A DNA stretch of 64,000 nucleotides from an uncultured bacterium (GCA_965541585.1 CBEUCH010000015.1:22317-86316), one strand, 5' to 3'; shown: positions 1 to 11,041, counted from the stretch's first letter. Program-made: numbers and translations. Notes: a model not told the origin generated them from the letters alone.

Positions 1-843
1 AACTGGGCTCTGTGCCAGGGCGGCCTGCCGTCTGATTTGTATTATGGAAGAATTGAGGTAAGCAACGTTGATCCCGATCTAATCTTTGTCTCTGACTGGG
101 GTGACCCCAGATTAGTTTACCGCTCCACTGATGGTGGTCAAACGTGGGCTGCTCTATCGAGCCCACCGGGGAACGGAGCTATAAACAGTATCGCCTGCGA
201 TCCTTTCAACTCTGATATCGTTTATGCCTGTAGATCCCATGAAGGAGTGTTCAGGTCCACTGACACCGGGCAGAGTTGGGTTGATATCAGCAATAATCTA
301 CCGAGAGATCCCGATTATTTTATCCCGTCTGGAGTTGCCATTAACCCTCTTAATCCCCAGATTCTTTATGTAAACTCGGCCCGTTACGGCATATTCGTCT
401 CACATGACGGCGGGCGAAGCTGGGAGGATTTCAATGAAGGATTGCGAACCGGATATTCTCATGCCGTTACCGCCATTGCGCCCTCGGACACCAACAGGAT
501 TTTCCTTGCCACGAGCTCGCAGTCAGTCTGGACTATAACTAAGATCCCCACCTCGGTTGATAATGACGATGTTTCACCGAGGGAATATTCGATCCTGTCA
601 AACTATCCCAATCCCTTCAATTCTATCACCGTTATACAGTATTCTCTATTGGAATCCGAGCCGGTTATTCTCTCTATATATAATATCCTCGGCCAGCAAG
701 TAGCTACCATATTCGAGGGATTGCAGCAGGCTGGGGAACATACGCCCACTTGGGACGCTTCCGCTTTCCCCTCCGGCGTCTACTTCGCCCGGATGAAAAC
801 CCTGAAAAGCTCGCAAAGCCTTAAGATGATTCTGCTCAAATAG
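1..843 (+). CDS. Secreted BNR/Asp-box beta-propeller protein with PNPFN-type C-terminal sorting (T9SS-CTD/FlgD-Ig-like) domain, 5'-truncated by the window
   Basis: Frame open from base 1; Asp-box motifs STDGGQTW, STDTGQSW, SHDGGRSW; C-terminal NYPNPFN...IYNILGQ...SGVYF...KMILLK. Confidence 0.85.
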   Translation, partial: NWALCQGGLPSDLYYGRIEVSNVDPDLIFVSDWGDPRLVYRSTDGGQTWAALSSPPGNGAINSIACDPFNSDIVYACRSHEGVFRSTDTGQSWVDISNNLPRDPDYFIPSGVAINPLNPQILYVNSARYGIFVSHDGGRSWEDFNEGLRTGYSHAVTAIAPSDTNRIFLATSSQSVWTITKIPTSVDNDDVSPREYSILSNYPNPFNSITVIQYSLLESEPVILSIYNILGQQVATIFEGLQQAGEHTPTWDASAFPSGVYFARMKTLKSSQSLKMILLK

Positions 844-932
844 TTAGCCTGAACAAGGGCACGCCACCGGTTAAAAAAGTATTGATATTCCCCACAATCT
901 TCTATAATATAGAGCCTTAATCGGGGAGAGGT

Positions 933-2216
933 ATGAGAATCCTTGTAATTGGAAAAGGTGGTCGGGAACACGCCCTGGCCTGGAAGCTCTCGCAGTCGGA
1001 CAAAGCGGAGAAGATCTTCGTGGCGCCCGGCAATGGCGGCATAGCAAAGCTGGCTGAGATTGTCCCCATCGCGGTCGATGATCTGACCGGCCTGGCCGAT
1101 TTCGCCGGAAAAAACCGCATAGATCTGACCGTTGTCGGCCCGGAGCTGCCATTGACAATGGGTATCGTGGATATATTCGAGGAGCGCGGCTTGAAGATTT
1201 TCGGGCCCAACAAAGAGGCGGCCGAGATCGAAGGTTCGAAGGCCTTCGCCAAAAACTTCATGGATAAATATCATATCCCCACGGCGCGATTTAAGGTCTT
1301 CACCAGCCACCTGGAGGCGATTGATTTCACGACATCGGCCAGTTATCCTCTGGTCATAAAAGCCGACGGTCTGGCTGCCGGTAAAGGGGCTGTGATCGTG
1401 AATGATCCGGACGAAGCCAGATCGCAGATAGAAGAAATTATGGTAGATATGGTCTTTGGCGAAGCGGGTTCCAAGGTACTGGTCGAGGAATTTTTAACCG
1501 GGGAAGAGGTGACAGTAATGGCCCTAACCGACGGCGAGCGGGTTATTCCCATGGCTTCCTCCCAGGACCACAAGAGGATCGGAGAGGGTGACACCGGCCT
1601 GAATACCGGCGGCATGGGAGCCTATGCCCCTACCAGCATCGTCAACGAAAAGATGCTGAAGCAGATTAACGATGAGATTCTCGAACCTACAATTAGAGGT
1701 CTGGCCGAGCAGGGCCGCAAATATACCGGTGTGCTGTACACCGGGCTGATGATCACCGATAGGGGACCGAAGGTGCTTGAATACAACTGTCGTTTCGGAG
1801 ACCCGGAGACCCAGGCGGTTCTTCCCCTGCTCGAGAGTGATCTGGCCCGGATTTTCTCCGATATAGCAGACGGATATTTGAATATTGATGAGATCAAATG
1901 GAAAGACGCTCATGCGGCCTGTGTAGTGCTGGCGTCAAGGGGATATCCTGCGGCAGTGGAAAAAGGCATGGCGATTAAGGGGCTGGATAAGTTAGATTCT
2001 AATAATTGCGTGGTATTCCATGCCGGCACGGCCAGACCCGGAAATCAATACATCACCGATGGCGGACGGGTCCTGGGTGTGACGGCAGTAGACAGGACTT
2101 TGAGTGGCGCTTTGTCCAGGGCATACGATACAATTAATAATATCCATTTCGATGGCATGCAATATCGGCGCGATATCGGTTGGCGCGCCGGAAAGGTAAA
2201 CACCAGCTATTTCTGA
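933..2216 (+). CDS. purD: Phosphoribosylamine-glycine ligase
   Basis: GGREHALAW, APGNGG, KADGLAAGKGA, NTGGMGAY and RFGDPE motifs. Confidence 0.97.
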   Translation: MRILVIGKGGREHALAWKLSQSDKAEKIFVAPGNGGIAKLAEIVPIAVDDLTGLADFAGKNRIDLTVVGPELPLTMGIVDIFEERGLKIFGPNKEAAEIEGSKAFAKNFMDKYHIPTARFKVFTSHLEAIDFTTSASYPLVIKADGLAAGKGAVIVNDPDEARSQIEEIMVDMVFGEAGSKVLVEEFLTGEEVTVMALTDGERVIPMASSQDHKRIGEGDTGLNTGGMGAYAPTSIVNEKMLKQINDEILEPTIRGLAEQGRKYTGVLYTGLMITDRGPKVLEYNCRFGDPETQAVLPLLESDLARIFSDIADGYLNIDEIKWKDAHAACVVLASRGYPAAVEKGMAIKGLDKLDSNNCVVFHAGTARPGNQYITDGGRVLGVTAVDRTLSGALSRAYDTINNIHFDGMQYRRDIGWRAGKVNTSYF

Positions 2217-2683
2217 TGGGAAATATCGACGTTCTAATAGTCCTGGGGAGCAAATCGGATACTGAAACCGTTTCGGTATGCGGGGATATCCTGAGCAAAT
2301 TCGGTGTGCCCTTCAAACAGGAGATAAGCTCCGCTCATCGTCAACCCGATAGGACCAAAAACCTTATTAAGGAAGCGGAATCCGGGGGCGTTAAAGTAAT
2401 CATAGCTGCCGCCGGTATGGCGGCACATCTGCCCGGCGTAGTGGCATCTTACACGACGTTGCCCGTCATTGGAGTCCCCCTGGCTGCCTCGGCTCTCTCT
2501 GGTACAGATTCCCTTTATTCTATCGTTCAGATGCCCGCAGGTATCCCGGTGGCCTGTATGAGTATAGGATCTCACGGTGCAAAGAACGCCGCTTTATTAG
2601 CGATCGAGATACTTGCCCTCTCCGACAGCGCTCTCAAAGACAAATTGAAAGCTTACCGCAAAGAGCTTGCCGGTGGACAATAA
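2216..2683 (+). CDS. purE: N5-carboxyaminoimidazole ribonucleotide mutase
   Basis: GSKSD, SAHR, AGMAAHLPG, PVIGVP, SIVQMPAGIPVA; ATG at 2216 overlaps the purD stop (TGATG). Confidence 0.96.
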   Translation: MGNIDVLIVLGSKSDTETVSVCGDILSKFGVPFKQEISSAHRQPDRTKNLIKEAESGGVKVIIAAAGMAAHLPGVVASYTTLPVIGVPLAASALSGTDSLYSIVQMPAGIPVACMSIGSHGAKNAALLAIEILALSDSALKDKLKAYRKELAGGQ

Positions 2684-2766
2684 CGATCTGCCAGAATCTT
2701 CTGCACTCCGAATCTTGATGACAGGTATAAAATCATTCAGGTCTATGGCGCTGATGCTAAACCGGC

Positions 2767-3675
2767 ATGAACAGAAAGAGGAGACATCGTAGTATGCCGT
2801 CGATCGGCCAGAGAATAAGCACCCCGGTGGCCTCCACCAAGATCTCAATGGTTTTCAATATCCTGTTATTGATATTGAAATTCTTTGGAGGATTCTTCGG
2901 GGGGAGCCGCGCCTTAATTGCCGATTGCCTTAACTCCCTTCTCGATATCGTGGCCAACTCCGCGGTCTGGATCGGGCTGAAATTGGCCGGAAAGCCCGCC
3001 GATACCGATCATCAATATGGTCATGGCAACGCCGACGTTATAGCAGCGTCATTTGTTGCGATCGTAATATTCACCACCGGGATTTATATCGGATATGATT
3101 CGATTCATGTCATCCTCAACAGGAACTTCGGTATACCCAGTTATTTCGCTACCGGCGTGGCCGCCTTCACTATCATTGTGAAATCAGTCCTCTTCCGCTA
3201 TACAAAGAACGTGGGCGGAAAATTCAAAAGCGCCGCCGTCCTGGCAAATGCGCAGGATCATAAATCCGATGTTTACGCCTCTTCCGGGGCCCTGTTTGGC
3301 ATCGTCGTATCCCAGATCGGCTATCCCATCCTGGATCCTATAGGAGGCTTATGGGTATCATTCTTTATTCTGAGAAACGCCGTAAACTTAATCCGGGATA
3401 ATATACACACGCTCATGAGCGGGGCTCCGGATAGGGAGCTTGTGGAGAGGGTCGAAAAGACCGCCGCTCAGATAGACGAGGTAAAAGGCATTTTAGCTAC
3501 CAGGATGAGAACCCTCGGGTCCAGGCAATTCGTAGATCTCGAGATATTCGTGGATGGCAATCTAAGCGTTCGTGAAGGCCATAATGTCGCTCACCGGGTC
3601 AGGGATCTCTTGATCGCAAAATACGATGACATAACAGAGGTTATGGTTCATGTCGAACCCCGCATGGAGAATTGA
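2767..3675 (+). CDS. Cation diffusion facilitator family metal transporter (FieF-like)
   Basis: ALIAD, KPADxDHQYGHG, DHKSD, C-terminal VMVHVEP; several hydrophobic helices. Confidence 0.9.
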   Translation: MNRKRRHRSMPSIGQRISTPVASTKISMVFNILLLILKFFGGFFGGSRALIADCLNSLLDIVANSAVWIGLKLAGKPADTDHQYGHGNADVIAASFVAIVIFTTGIYIGYDSIHVILNRNFGIPSYFATGVAAFTIIVKSVLFRYTKNVGGKFKSAAVLANAQDHKSDVYASSGALFGIVVSQIGYPILDPIGGLWVSFFILRNAVNLIRDNIHTLMSGAPDRELVERVEKTAAQIDEVKGILATRMRTLGSRQFVDLEIFVDGNLSVREGHNVAHRVRDLLIAKYDDITEVMVHVEPRMEN

Positions 3676-3676
3676 G

Positions 3677-4912
3677 ATGAAAGTTGTTTTCTTTGAAGAT
3701 CACCATTATGCAAAATTCGATCCCATATCCCTTTCGCATCCAGTGTATATGCTGTTGCACGGGACATCGAAGCTATATTCGAAATGGATCACGGCCTTAA
3801 AAAGCAATGATTATTCGTTTTTGTGCAGGCCGCACTTAGCGGGCGTGCTCGCTTTCGAGACCGGCAGAGAAGTTAATGCAATCCCGGATGGGGATCTGCT
3901 ATTCATAAATGGACGCTATTTGCCATCGGATAAGACCGTCTGGTTGGTGCAGGAGATTAAGAAGGGGGAAGCGCTCTCATGTGATGATGAGCTGGTTGCC
4001 TTCCGTATAGGCGATGACCGTCCGCCCAAACTTATAGAAATACTTGAAAAACTCTATGACACAAACACCAACGAGGAGTTGAAATCTTATCTGGCTATTG
4101 AAAAGATAAAAGCGGAGTGCGTTAACTATCTTTGGGATCTGGTCGATGGCAACGGAGCGATGATCGCCGGAGAATTCGCAGGGTTCAAGTCGCGATCTGC
4201 ACTGGCCAGCGATAAAGCCAGCGGGGTGACAATCATAAAGCCGGAATCCGCATATATATCTCCTAATGCGGTGGTATCGTCTTCAGTCGTTATCGATGCC
4301 ACCGAGGGCCCTGTCATTATTGATGATGACGTCTCAGTGGAGCCTTTTACCTTCATCCAGGGTCCTGTTTACGTTGGTCCGGGCTGCCTGTTGACCGGTG
4401 GGCGGATCAGGGGAGGATGCTCGCTCGGGCCTATGTGCCGGGTCGGCGGTGAGATCGAGGAATCGATTATGCTCGGCTATTGCAATAAATACCATGACGG
4501 TTTTCTGGGACACGCCTATCTCGGGGAATGGGTAAACTTAGGAGCCATGACGACTAATTCTGATCTCAAAAACAACTACGCACAGATAAAGGTGGCCGTA
4601 GGAAACGAGTTGGTGGATACAGGCCGGATCAAGGTGGGTTGTTTCATCGGAGATCATACCAAGACAGGTATTGGCACAATGCTTAATACCGGAATCTGTA
4701 TAGGGTTCTCCTGCAATTTATACGGTTCGGGAATATTTGCTGAGAGGAGGATAAAATCTTTCGGCTGGGGGGCGTCCGGGAACCTCACTGAATACCGACT
4801 TGATAGGGCGATCCGGACTGCCAGGGCGGCGATGTCTCGTCGAGAAGTTGAATTCACAGAAGTACATGAGAATCTATTTTCCGATATACAAAAGATCGAT
4901 TCAGGGAATTAG
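3677..4912 (+). CDS. GlmU-related putative sugar nucleotidyltransferase with left-handed beta-helix
   Basis: Hexapeptide repeats; NKYHDGFLGHAYLGEWVNLGA and SDLKNNY; ATG 3677 directly after the CDF stop. Confidence 0.8.
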   Translation: MKVVFFEDHHYAKFDPISLSHPVYMLLHGTSKLYSKWITALKSNDYSFLCRPHLAGVLAFETGREVNAIPDGDLLFINGRYLPSDKTVWLVQEIKKGEALSCDDELVAFRIGDDRPPKLIEILEKLYDTNTNEELKSYLAIEKIKAECVNYLWDLVDGNGAMIAGEFAGFKSRSALASDKASGVTIIKPESAYISPNAVVSSSVVIDATEGPVIIDDDVSVEPFTFIQGPVYVGPGCLLTGGRIRGGCSLGPMCRVGGEIEESIMLGYCNKYHDGFLGHAYLGEWVNLGAMTTNSDLKNNYAQIKVAVGNELVDTGRIKVGCFIGDHTKTGIGTMLNTGICIGFSCNLYGSGIFAERRIKSFGWGASGNLTEYRLDRAIRTARAAMSRREVEFTEVHENLFSDIQKIDSGN

Positions 4913-5079
4913 CATGCTGAGCGGCTTACGATTTGTATTGACAATGAATTCTGGTTTCAGCTATGATCGGCAACAGTTTCGATCCATTAAGGACGGGTCG
5001 AATCAGACGATAATCTAAGAGAATGAGAATCTTTGAATCGATCTGGCCTCTTTGCGCATAAGCAATAGCTGGAGGATGA

Positions 5080-6072
5080 ATGCCCGAGCTTCGTAAAGAT
5101 CCTGTGTTGGGGCGGTGGGTTATAATTTCCACCGAACGTGGCAAAAGACCCACTGATTTTCCCATCCAGTCGAGCAAACGTCAGGCAAAGCTTTGCCCGT
5201 TCTGCCCCAATAATGAATCATCCACTCCTCCTGAGATTTTTGCCGTCAGGGATAACGGTTCCGAGGCGGATTCACCGGGTTGGACATTGAGAGTTATTCC
5301 AAATAAGTTCCCCGCCCTGAGGATTGAGGGCGATCTGAACCGGGAAGGCGAGGGATTATTCGATAAGATGAACGGCATCGGTGCGCATGAGGTGATTGTA
5401 GAAACGGCTGCTCATGAGATGGACCTGGTCGATCTGAAGCCGGAGGAAATCAAGAATGTCATCGCAGCTTTCCGCGAGCGGATTATAGATCTCAAGAAAG
5501 ACCCCCGATTCAAATACATAATGATCTTCAAGAATCAGGGTGAGGCGGCCGGTGCGTCGCTTGAACACTCTCACAGCCAACTAATTGCGACGCCGATCGT
5601 CCCAAAGAGAGTCCTCGAGGAGATGAACGGGTCGAGGGAATACTACGAATACAGAGAAAGATGCATTTACTGCGATATTGTAAAACAGGAAATCAAACAG
5701 GATATGCGAGTGGTGACGCGGAATGACCAATTTCTGGCTATTGCGCCCTTCGCCTCCAGGTTCCCCTTTGAGATATGGATTATCCCCCGGTTCCACAGTC
5801 CCCTGATTGAAGATATAAAAGATGAAGAAATGATGAATTTTGCATCAATAATCAAAGATACGTTAGGGAGGCTGACACGGGCTCTGAGCAATCCGCCGTA
5901 CAATCTAGTCATTCATTCATCTCCTGTAGAAAATAAATATCGAAAAGAATATCACTGGCATGTCGAAATAATGCCCAAACTGACGAAAGTCGCCGGCTTT
6001 GAGTGGGGGACCGGTTTCTATATCAATCCGACAACTCCTGAAGATGCCGCCAGGTTCTTAAAAGAGATCTAA
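5080..6072 (+). CDS. galT: Galactose-1-phosphate uridylyltransferase (GalT family)
   Basis: ELRKDP, CPFCP, PNKFPAL, GASLEHSHSQ (HxHxQ), AGFEWGTG. Confidence 0.93.
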   Translation: MPELRKDPVLGRWVIISTERGKRPTDFPIQSSKRQAKLCPFCPNNESSTPPEIFAVRDNGSEADSPGWTLRVIPNKFPALRIEGDLNREGEGLFDKMNGIGAHEVIVETAAHEMDLVDLKPEEIKNVIAAFRERIIDLKKDPRFKYIMIFKNQGEAAGASLEHSHSQLIATPIVPKRVLEEMNGSREYYEYRERCIYCDIVKQEIKQDMRVVTRNDQFLAIAPFASRFPFEIWIIPRFHSPLIEDIKDEEMMNFASIIKDTLGRLTRALSNPPYNLVIHSSPVENKYRKEYHWHVEIMPKLTKVAGFEWGTGFYINPTTPEDAARFLKEI

Positions 6073-6128
6073 CCAGACCAATAAATGGGCTGATAGTTAG
6101 AGATATAACGCTTGCTGGAGATCATACG

Positions 6129-7616
6129 ATGGGTCTTTTGAATATCTTAATAGCAACTCCCGAAGCCGTTCCCTTTGCCAAGACCGGGGGACTGGCAGAT
6201 GTAGCCGGCTCGCTGCCGAAGGCCATCGCATCCCGGGAGCATACGGTCAGGCTTGTATTGCCGCTTTACCCTCATGTGGATCGCGAAAAGCACAAATTGC
6301 AGATAATGGCTTCCGGACTGAAAGCTAAAATTGCAGGTCGCGAGGAGGTCTTCCAGGTTCAAAAATGCGATATGGACGGTACCGAGGTCTGGTTCATCGA
6401 GCATGACGGTTTCTTTAACCGTCCCGAACTCTACCGTGATCCCTCTACCGGAGACGATTGGGCTGACAATGATGAACGGTTCGGATTCTTCGCTCGTGCT
6501 GTCCTTGAGGCCTGTCGCCGACTTCGCTTTATTCCCGATATAATTCATTGCAACGACTGGCAGACTGGTCTGATACCGGCCTTGCTGAAGATCGATGATA
6601 GTTATGGCGATTTCGCTGATACTGCTACTTTGCTTTCGATACACAATCTTGCCTATCAAGGCAGTTTTCCATCGGAGAGTTTCGGCAAACTGGGACTGGA
6701 TTGGTCTCTGTTCGCCCCGGGGGGAGGCTTTGAGTTCTGGAAAAAGTTGAGCTACCTGAAGGCAGGCATCTGGTATTCGGATCTGCTCAACACCGTATCC
6801 GAAACCTACGCCGGGGAGATTCAATCATCAAACGAATTCGGCTATGGTTTCGAGGGTGTTCTGGCTGACCGATCCGATGATCTATTCGGGATTTTAAACG
6901 GCATCGATTACGATGTCTGGAATCCGGCCACTGACGATCTTATTCCCGCCACGTTCACTCCGGAAAAGTTGGCGGGAAAGAAAAAATGCAAAAATGCTCT
7001 CAGGCGACAGGCTAAGTTACCAATGGTTCGTAGAGAAGTGCCGGTTATCGGGATTATATCGCGGCTGGCCGATCAAAAGGGGTTCGATCTCATCGCCGAG
7101 GCTGCCGATGATCTTCTGGCCCTCGATCTGCAGATCGTCCTTCTTGGCACCGGCGATCAGAAGTATCATGATCTGTTTGCGGCCTTGCATGAGAAGTATC
7201 CTAAGAAGATTGCGGCCTTCCTCGAATTTAATAATCAGATTGCGCACCTGATCGAGGCCGGCAGCGATATGTTTTTGATGCCTTCCCGCTATGAACCGTG
7301 CGGGCTAAACCAGATGTATAGCCTGAAATACGGCACCGTTCCCATTGTCAGGAAGACCGGCGGCCTGGCCGACACCATAGAGAACGCCAATCCCGTGAAG
7401 GGCACGGGCAATGGTTTCGTCTTTACAAATTACGATTCCAGGGAGATGCTGAACGCCGTAAAGTTCGCTCTCGAGGTCTATCGCGACAAAAATGTCTGGG
7501 AGGTTATGATGCTTCGCGGCATGCGCCAGGATTTCTCTTGGGACGCCTCCGCCGGGAAATATGTGGAGTTATATAAAAAGGCCCTGGATAAGAAAAAAAC
7601 GACCGTAGAAGCATAA
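6129..7616 (+). CDS. glgA: Glycogen synthase
   Basis: KTGGLADV, HCNDWQ, IHNLAYQG, PSRYEPCGLNQ, TGGLADT. Confidence 0.96.
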   Translation: MGLLNILIATPEAVPFAKTGGLADVAGSLPKAIASREHTVRLVLPLYPHVDREKHKLQIMASGLKAKIAGREEVFQVQKCDMDGTEVWFIEHDGFFNRPELYRDPSTGDDWADNDERFGFFARAVLEACRRLRFIPDIIHCNDWQTGLIPALLKIDDSYGDFADTATLLSIHNLAYQGSFPSESFGKLGLDWSLFAPGGGFEFWKKLSYLKAGIWYSDLLNTVSETYAGEIQSSNEFGYGFEGVLADRSDDLFGILNGIDYDVWNPATDDLIPATFTPEKLAGKKKCKNALRRQAKLPMVRREVPVIGIISRLADQKGFDLIAEAADDLLALDLQIVLLGTGDQKYHDLFAALHEKYPKKIAAFLEFNNQIAHLIEAGSDMFLMPSRYEPCGLNQMYSLKYGTVPIVRKTGGLADTIENANPVKGTGNGFVFTNYDSREMLNAVKFALEVYRDKNVWEVMMLRGMRQDFSWDASAGKYVELYKKALDKKKTTVEA

Positions 7617-7637
7617 ATACTGAATTTATGGATATAT

Positions 7638-7668
7638 AAGCCTCGCCAACTCCGGCGGGGCTTTTTTT
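7638..7668 (+). terminator. Rho-independent terminator after glgA
   Basis: AAGCCTCGCC-aactcc-GGCGGGGCTT stem followed by a T run. Confidence 0.8.
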
Positions 7669-7826
7669 GTTGACGGAATCTTATACTGTGTTATTTTGTT
7701 TAATAGACGTATAGATTGATCTGTTCTTTTCAGGCTTTGCGGCAGAGGCGATTGGCCAAAACTTCGATGGATTGATCTGCGTATCAATGGATGGATGCTT
7801 GAACTTGAATCCGAAATAAGGGAGGT

Positions 7827-9515
7827 TTGATGCGGGAGTTTTTATGTTTTTTGATGATCGGTTTTTTTGCGCTCTTTCAGCTGCCATCTTACGTGGCAGC
7901 GGGCGAGATCGATTACCCGAAACCGTTTCGGCTGTCTATTCTGGAGTATCCGAACTCGGATACGCCTGACGATCCCTGGGCCATCATCCTCGATGTGGAT
8001 AATATCCAGATAAACAGCGACAACAGCGGCCGGGTGCAGAATGAGGAGATGGTCTGCATAAATCCTACCAATACGGCCAACGCTGTGGCCGTCTGGCGCG
8101 ATTTCCGTCTCGACTACCGGCGCGTGGGTGTCGGCTATACCTTTGATGGCGGCCAGACATGGCACGATACCCTGCTCTTTGTTCCGCCGCATCCCCGTCA
8201 ATCCGATCCCGTTCTGACGGTCGATGATGACGGCACCTTCTACGCCTGTACATTGACGCTTGAATGGTCAATGAACGAGCCGTCCGGAATCTATATTCAA
8301 AAATCGACCGATGGCGGCGTGAGCTGGTCCGAACCTTATATTGCAATCGATTCCGTTCAAGGTGCTTTCGAGGACAAGCAGTGGATGACTCTCGATAGAA
8401 CCAGCGGTTCCACCAATGGCAATATATATATCAGCTGGACACGATTCACCGATATCACCGAAATTCTCTTGGTCTCATCTACCGACGGAGGAGAAACCTA
8501 TTCCGATCCGGTGTATGTTTCCGATGAAAACGGCGTTCAATGGTCGGTTCCCACGGTCGGTGTCTGGGGAGACGTATTTGTTGCCTGGTTCGACTATTAT
8601 CCAACCTCCGCGATTTTGATGGATGTTTCCACTGATCAGGGAGCAACTTTCGGGACAGACCGGGTAATCGTTGAAACCAACACCTGGGACGTTAATATCA
8701 ACGGCGGCATCTGGGTTTTCCCCTATCCAGCCCTGAACTCCGACGTGAGCTTGCTCTCACCATATCTTGGCAACCTCTACCTGGCCTTTATGGACGAGAA
8801 CGTTACAGATATGGATATCTTCTTTATGAAATCCGAGGATAACGGGGCCAGCTGGTCAGAGCCGATCAGGCTCAACGATGATCCGGAACATAACGGCGCA
8901 GACCAGTTCCATCCCTGGATAACGGTGGACGAGACTGGATCAATCCATGCCATCTTCTACGACAGGCGGATGGATGAGCGAAACAGAAGTTTCGATCTCT
9001 ATTACACCAGGTCCGACGATGCCGGGGAAACCTGGCTGCCGAACGAGCGGATCACCACCGTCTCTTCCGACCCGAACGATGCTCGTCTGGCGGGCCTGAT
9101 TGGGGAATATATCGGCCTCGACGCCTGGCAGGGCCAGGTTCAAATGGTATGGACCGATACCAGAAACGGCAACCAGGATGTTTTTTCAGGCAGAATGTCT
9201 CGCACCGGTATCGAAGACGATATCGTGACCATTCCTGACAGACTGAGGCTCCATATGCCCCATCCAAACCCGTTTAATGCCTCTGTTTCTGTTACCTTTG
9301 AGTCTGATCAGGAGGCGCCGGTTAGTCTCGAGATCGTGGATATACTCGGCCGGAAGACGGCTGAGTTATTCGATGGCGTCTGCCGGACCGGCACAAACAG
9401 ATTCGTCTGGGATGGCACCGATATGACCGGCGGCGAGGTCGCCAGCGGAACATATTTCGTCCGTATGAGCGGACCCGACGGTGTGCAGGTTGAGAAGGCC
9501 GTGCTGTTAAGATAA
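7827..9515 (+). CDS. Secreted sialidase-like (BNR repeat) protein with C-terminal sorting domain
   Basis: Signal peptide; TFDGGQTW, STDGGVSW, SEDNGASW; HPNPFN...SGTYFVR; GGAGG upstream (ATG at 7830 is the likely start). Confidence 0.85.
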   Translation: MMREFLCFLMIGFFALFQLPSYVAAGEIDYPKPFRLSILEYPNSDTPDDPWAIILDVDNIQINSDNSGRVQNEEMVCINPTNTANAVAVWRDFRLDYRRVGVGYTFDGGQTWHDTLLFVPPHPRQSDPVLTVDDDGTFYACTLTLEWSMNEPSGIYIQKSTDGGVSWSEPYIAIDSVQGAFEDKQWMTLDRTSGSTNGNIYISWTRFTDITEILLVSSTDGGETYSDPVYVSDENGVQWSVPTVGVWGDVFVAWFDYYPTSAILMDVSTDQGATFGTDRVIVETNTWDVNINGGIWVFPYPALNSDVSLLSPYLGNLYLAFMDENVTDMDIFFMKSEDNGASWSEPIRLNDDPEHNGADQFHPWITVDETGSIHAIFYDRRMDERNRSFDLYYTRSDDAGETWLPNERITTVSSDPNDARLAGLIGEYIGLDAWQGQVQMVWTDTRNGNQDVFSGRMSRTGIEDDIVTIPDRLRLHMPHPNPFNASVSVTFESDQEAPVSLEIVDILGRKTAELFDGVCRTGTNRFVWDGTDMTGGEVASGTYFVRMSGPDGVQVEKAVLLR

Positions 9516-9580
9516 AAGATCTTGACAAAGATGGCCGATTAAATAATTATGAAAACGCCCGGCAGCGCCGGGAAGCTTTT

Positions 9581-9653
9581 GCGGGAGTAGCTCAGCTGGT
9601 AGAGCACCACCTTGCCAAGGTGGCTGTCGCGAGTTCAATCCTCGTCTCCCGCT
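9581..9653 (+). tRNA. tRNA-Gly (GCC)
   Basis: GCGGGAG/CTCCCGC acceptor stem, TAGCTCAG-TGGTAGAGC D arm, CCACC-TTGCCAA-GGTGG anticodon arm, GTTCAATC T loop; CCA not encoded. Confidence 0.96.
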
Positions 9654-9729
9654 TTTCTTTATTTTTGATATCTATAGGTCGGGTTCCGAAGAAACCCGAC
9701 AATAGCGCGGGGTTACCTTTCACAATCCG

Positions 9730-9770
9730 ATTGCCCATAGATTGGAAAACTTGTCTTAGCAGCTGAGGGA
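9730..9770 (+). repeat. Intergenic ~41-bp repeat, copy 1 (copy 2 at 11160-11200)
   Basis: ATTGCCCATAGATTGGAARACTTGTCTTAGCRGCTGAGGGA; the copies differ at two positions. Confidence 0.9.
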
Positions 9771-9845
9771 CGGAGGCCAGAAATCTCTTGCCGAACCCGG
9801 AGAATTTCCTATTATTATCATAGGCTGCATCGATCGGGAGGACTT

Positions 9846-10979
9846 TTGAAAAGTGTATACATTATAGCTATTGCGTTGGCTTGCTATGCCTATCTGCCTG
9901 TTTCAGCTACGATCATCAACATCCCCGGTGACCACCCGACCATACAAGATGGCATAAATGCCTCCACCGATGGTGACACCGTGCTGGTACAGCCAGGAAC
10001 ATATGTGGAGAACATCAATTTCCAGGGGCATAATATCGTGCTGGGGTCGCTGTTTTTGACTACGGGGGATACTGATTATATCTCATCGACAATAATCAAT
10101 AGTAATGGTTATGGGTATGGGAGTGTTGTATCTTTTTTTAATGGTGAAGATAATAGCGCTGTTATTACCGGATTCACGATTCAAAATGGTTATACTTCGT
10201 GGGGCGGCGGGATTCATTGCTTGGGTAATTCCAACCCTATGATAAGCTACAATACCATAAGCGGAAATTCAGCCATCGATTTCGGCGGCGGGATTCTTTG
10301 CGACAATTCCAGTCCGACGATCGACCACAATACCATCAGCGGAAATTCAGCTGGCATTGACGGCGGCGGGATTTATTGCCATGATTCCGATCCCACGATC
10401 AGCAATAACACCATCAGCGGAAATTCAGCCGACTTCTTCGGCGGCGGGATTCATTGCTGGGATTCCAATCCGGTAATAACCAACACCATCTTCTGGGCTG
10501 ATAGCGCCCCAGGTGGATCGGAGATTTCTTTAGAATGGTCATTTCCGGTGATTACCTACTGCGACGTTCAAGGCGGCTGGGCAGGCGACGGGAACATCGA
10601 TTGCGATCCTGAATTTTGTTTTCCGGATACGGGGAATTATTATTTGACAGAAGGTTCCTGCTGCCTTGGCGGAGGCGAAGGTGGGGCTGACATTGGCGCA
10701 TTCGGTCAGGGTTGTTGCCCTTACATTGCAGGAGATGTTAATTACAACACTATGCCGTTCGAACTTGTTGACGTTATGGCTATGATCCGATGCTATCACG
10801 GGGCGCCGCCGTATTACACCTGCGATTGTCCCCCTCATGGCTCCGATTTTCCGGCGACGGCCGACCCCAACGGCAACTGCGTGGCCAACGAACTTAACGA
10901 TGTGGTCACTGAGATTGCAGCCTACAGAGGTTCAACCACGGTATCCGGATGTATAGATTGTCCGGTTTCGGGAAGATAA
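9846..10979 (+). CDS. Secreted right-handed beta-helix (GGGI repeat) protein with C-terminal dockerin-like domain
   Basis: Signal peptide; TIQDGINASTDGDTVLVQPGTY; repeated NTISGNSA..GGGI; C-terminal AGDVN...ADPNGNC. Confidence 0.8.
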   Translation: MKSVYIIAIALACYAYLPVSATIINIPGDHPTIQDGINASTDGDTVLVQPGTYVENINFQGHNIVLGSLFLTTGDTDYISSTIINSNGYGYGSVVSFFNGEDNSAVITGFTIQNGYTSWGGGIHCLGNSNPMISYNTISGNSAIDFGGGILCDNSSPTIDHNTISGNSAGIDGGGIYCHDSDPTISNNTISGNSADFFGGGIHCWDSNPVITNTIFWADSAPGGSEISLEWSFPVITYCDVQGGWAGDGNIDCDPEFCFPDTGNYYLTEGSCCLGGGEGGADIGAFGQGCCPYIAGDVNYNTMPFELVDVMAMIRCYHGAPPYYTCDCPPHGSDFPATADPNGNCVANELNDVVTEIAAYRGSTTVSGCIDCPVSGR

Positions 10980-11041
10980 TTTTCAGGTAATGGAAGCCAA
11001 GCGGCGGATTGAGATTCCTGCAGTGGTCGTTTACGAGCAGT

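Noticed and set aside
780..1913. Several minus-strand ORFs
   Set aside because: Antisense to purD with no motifs.
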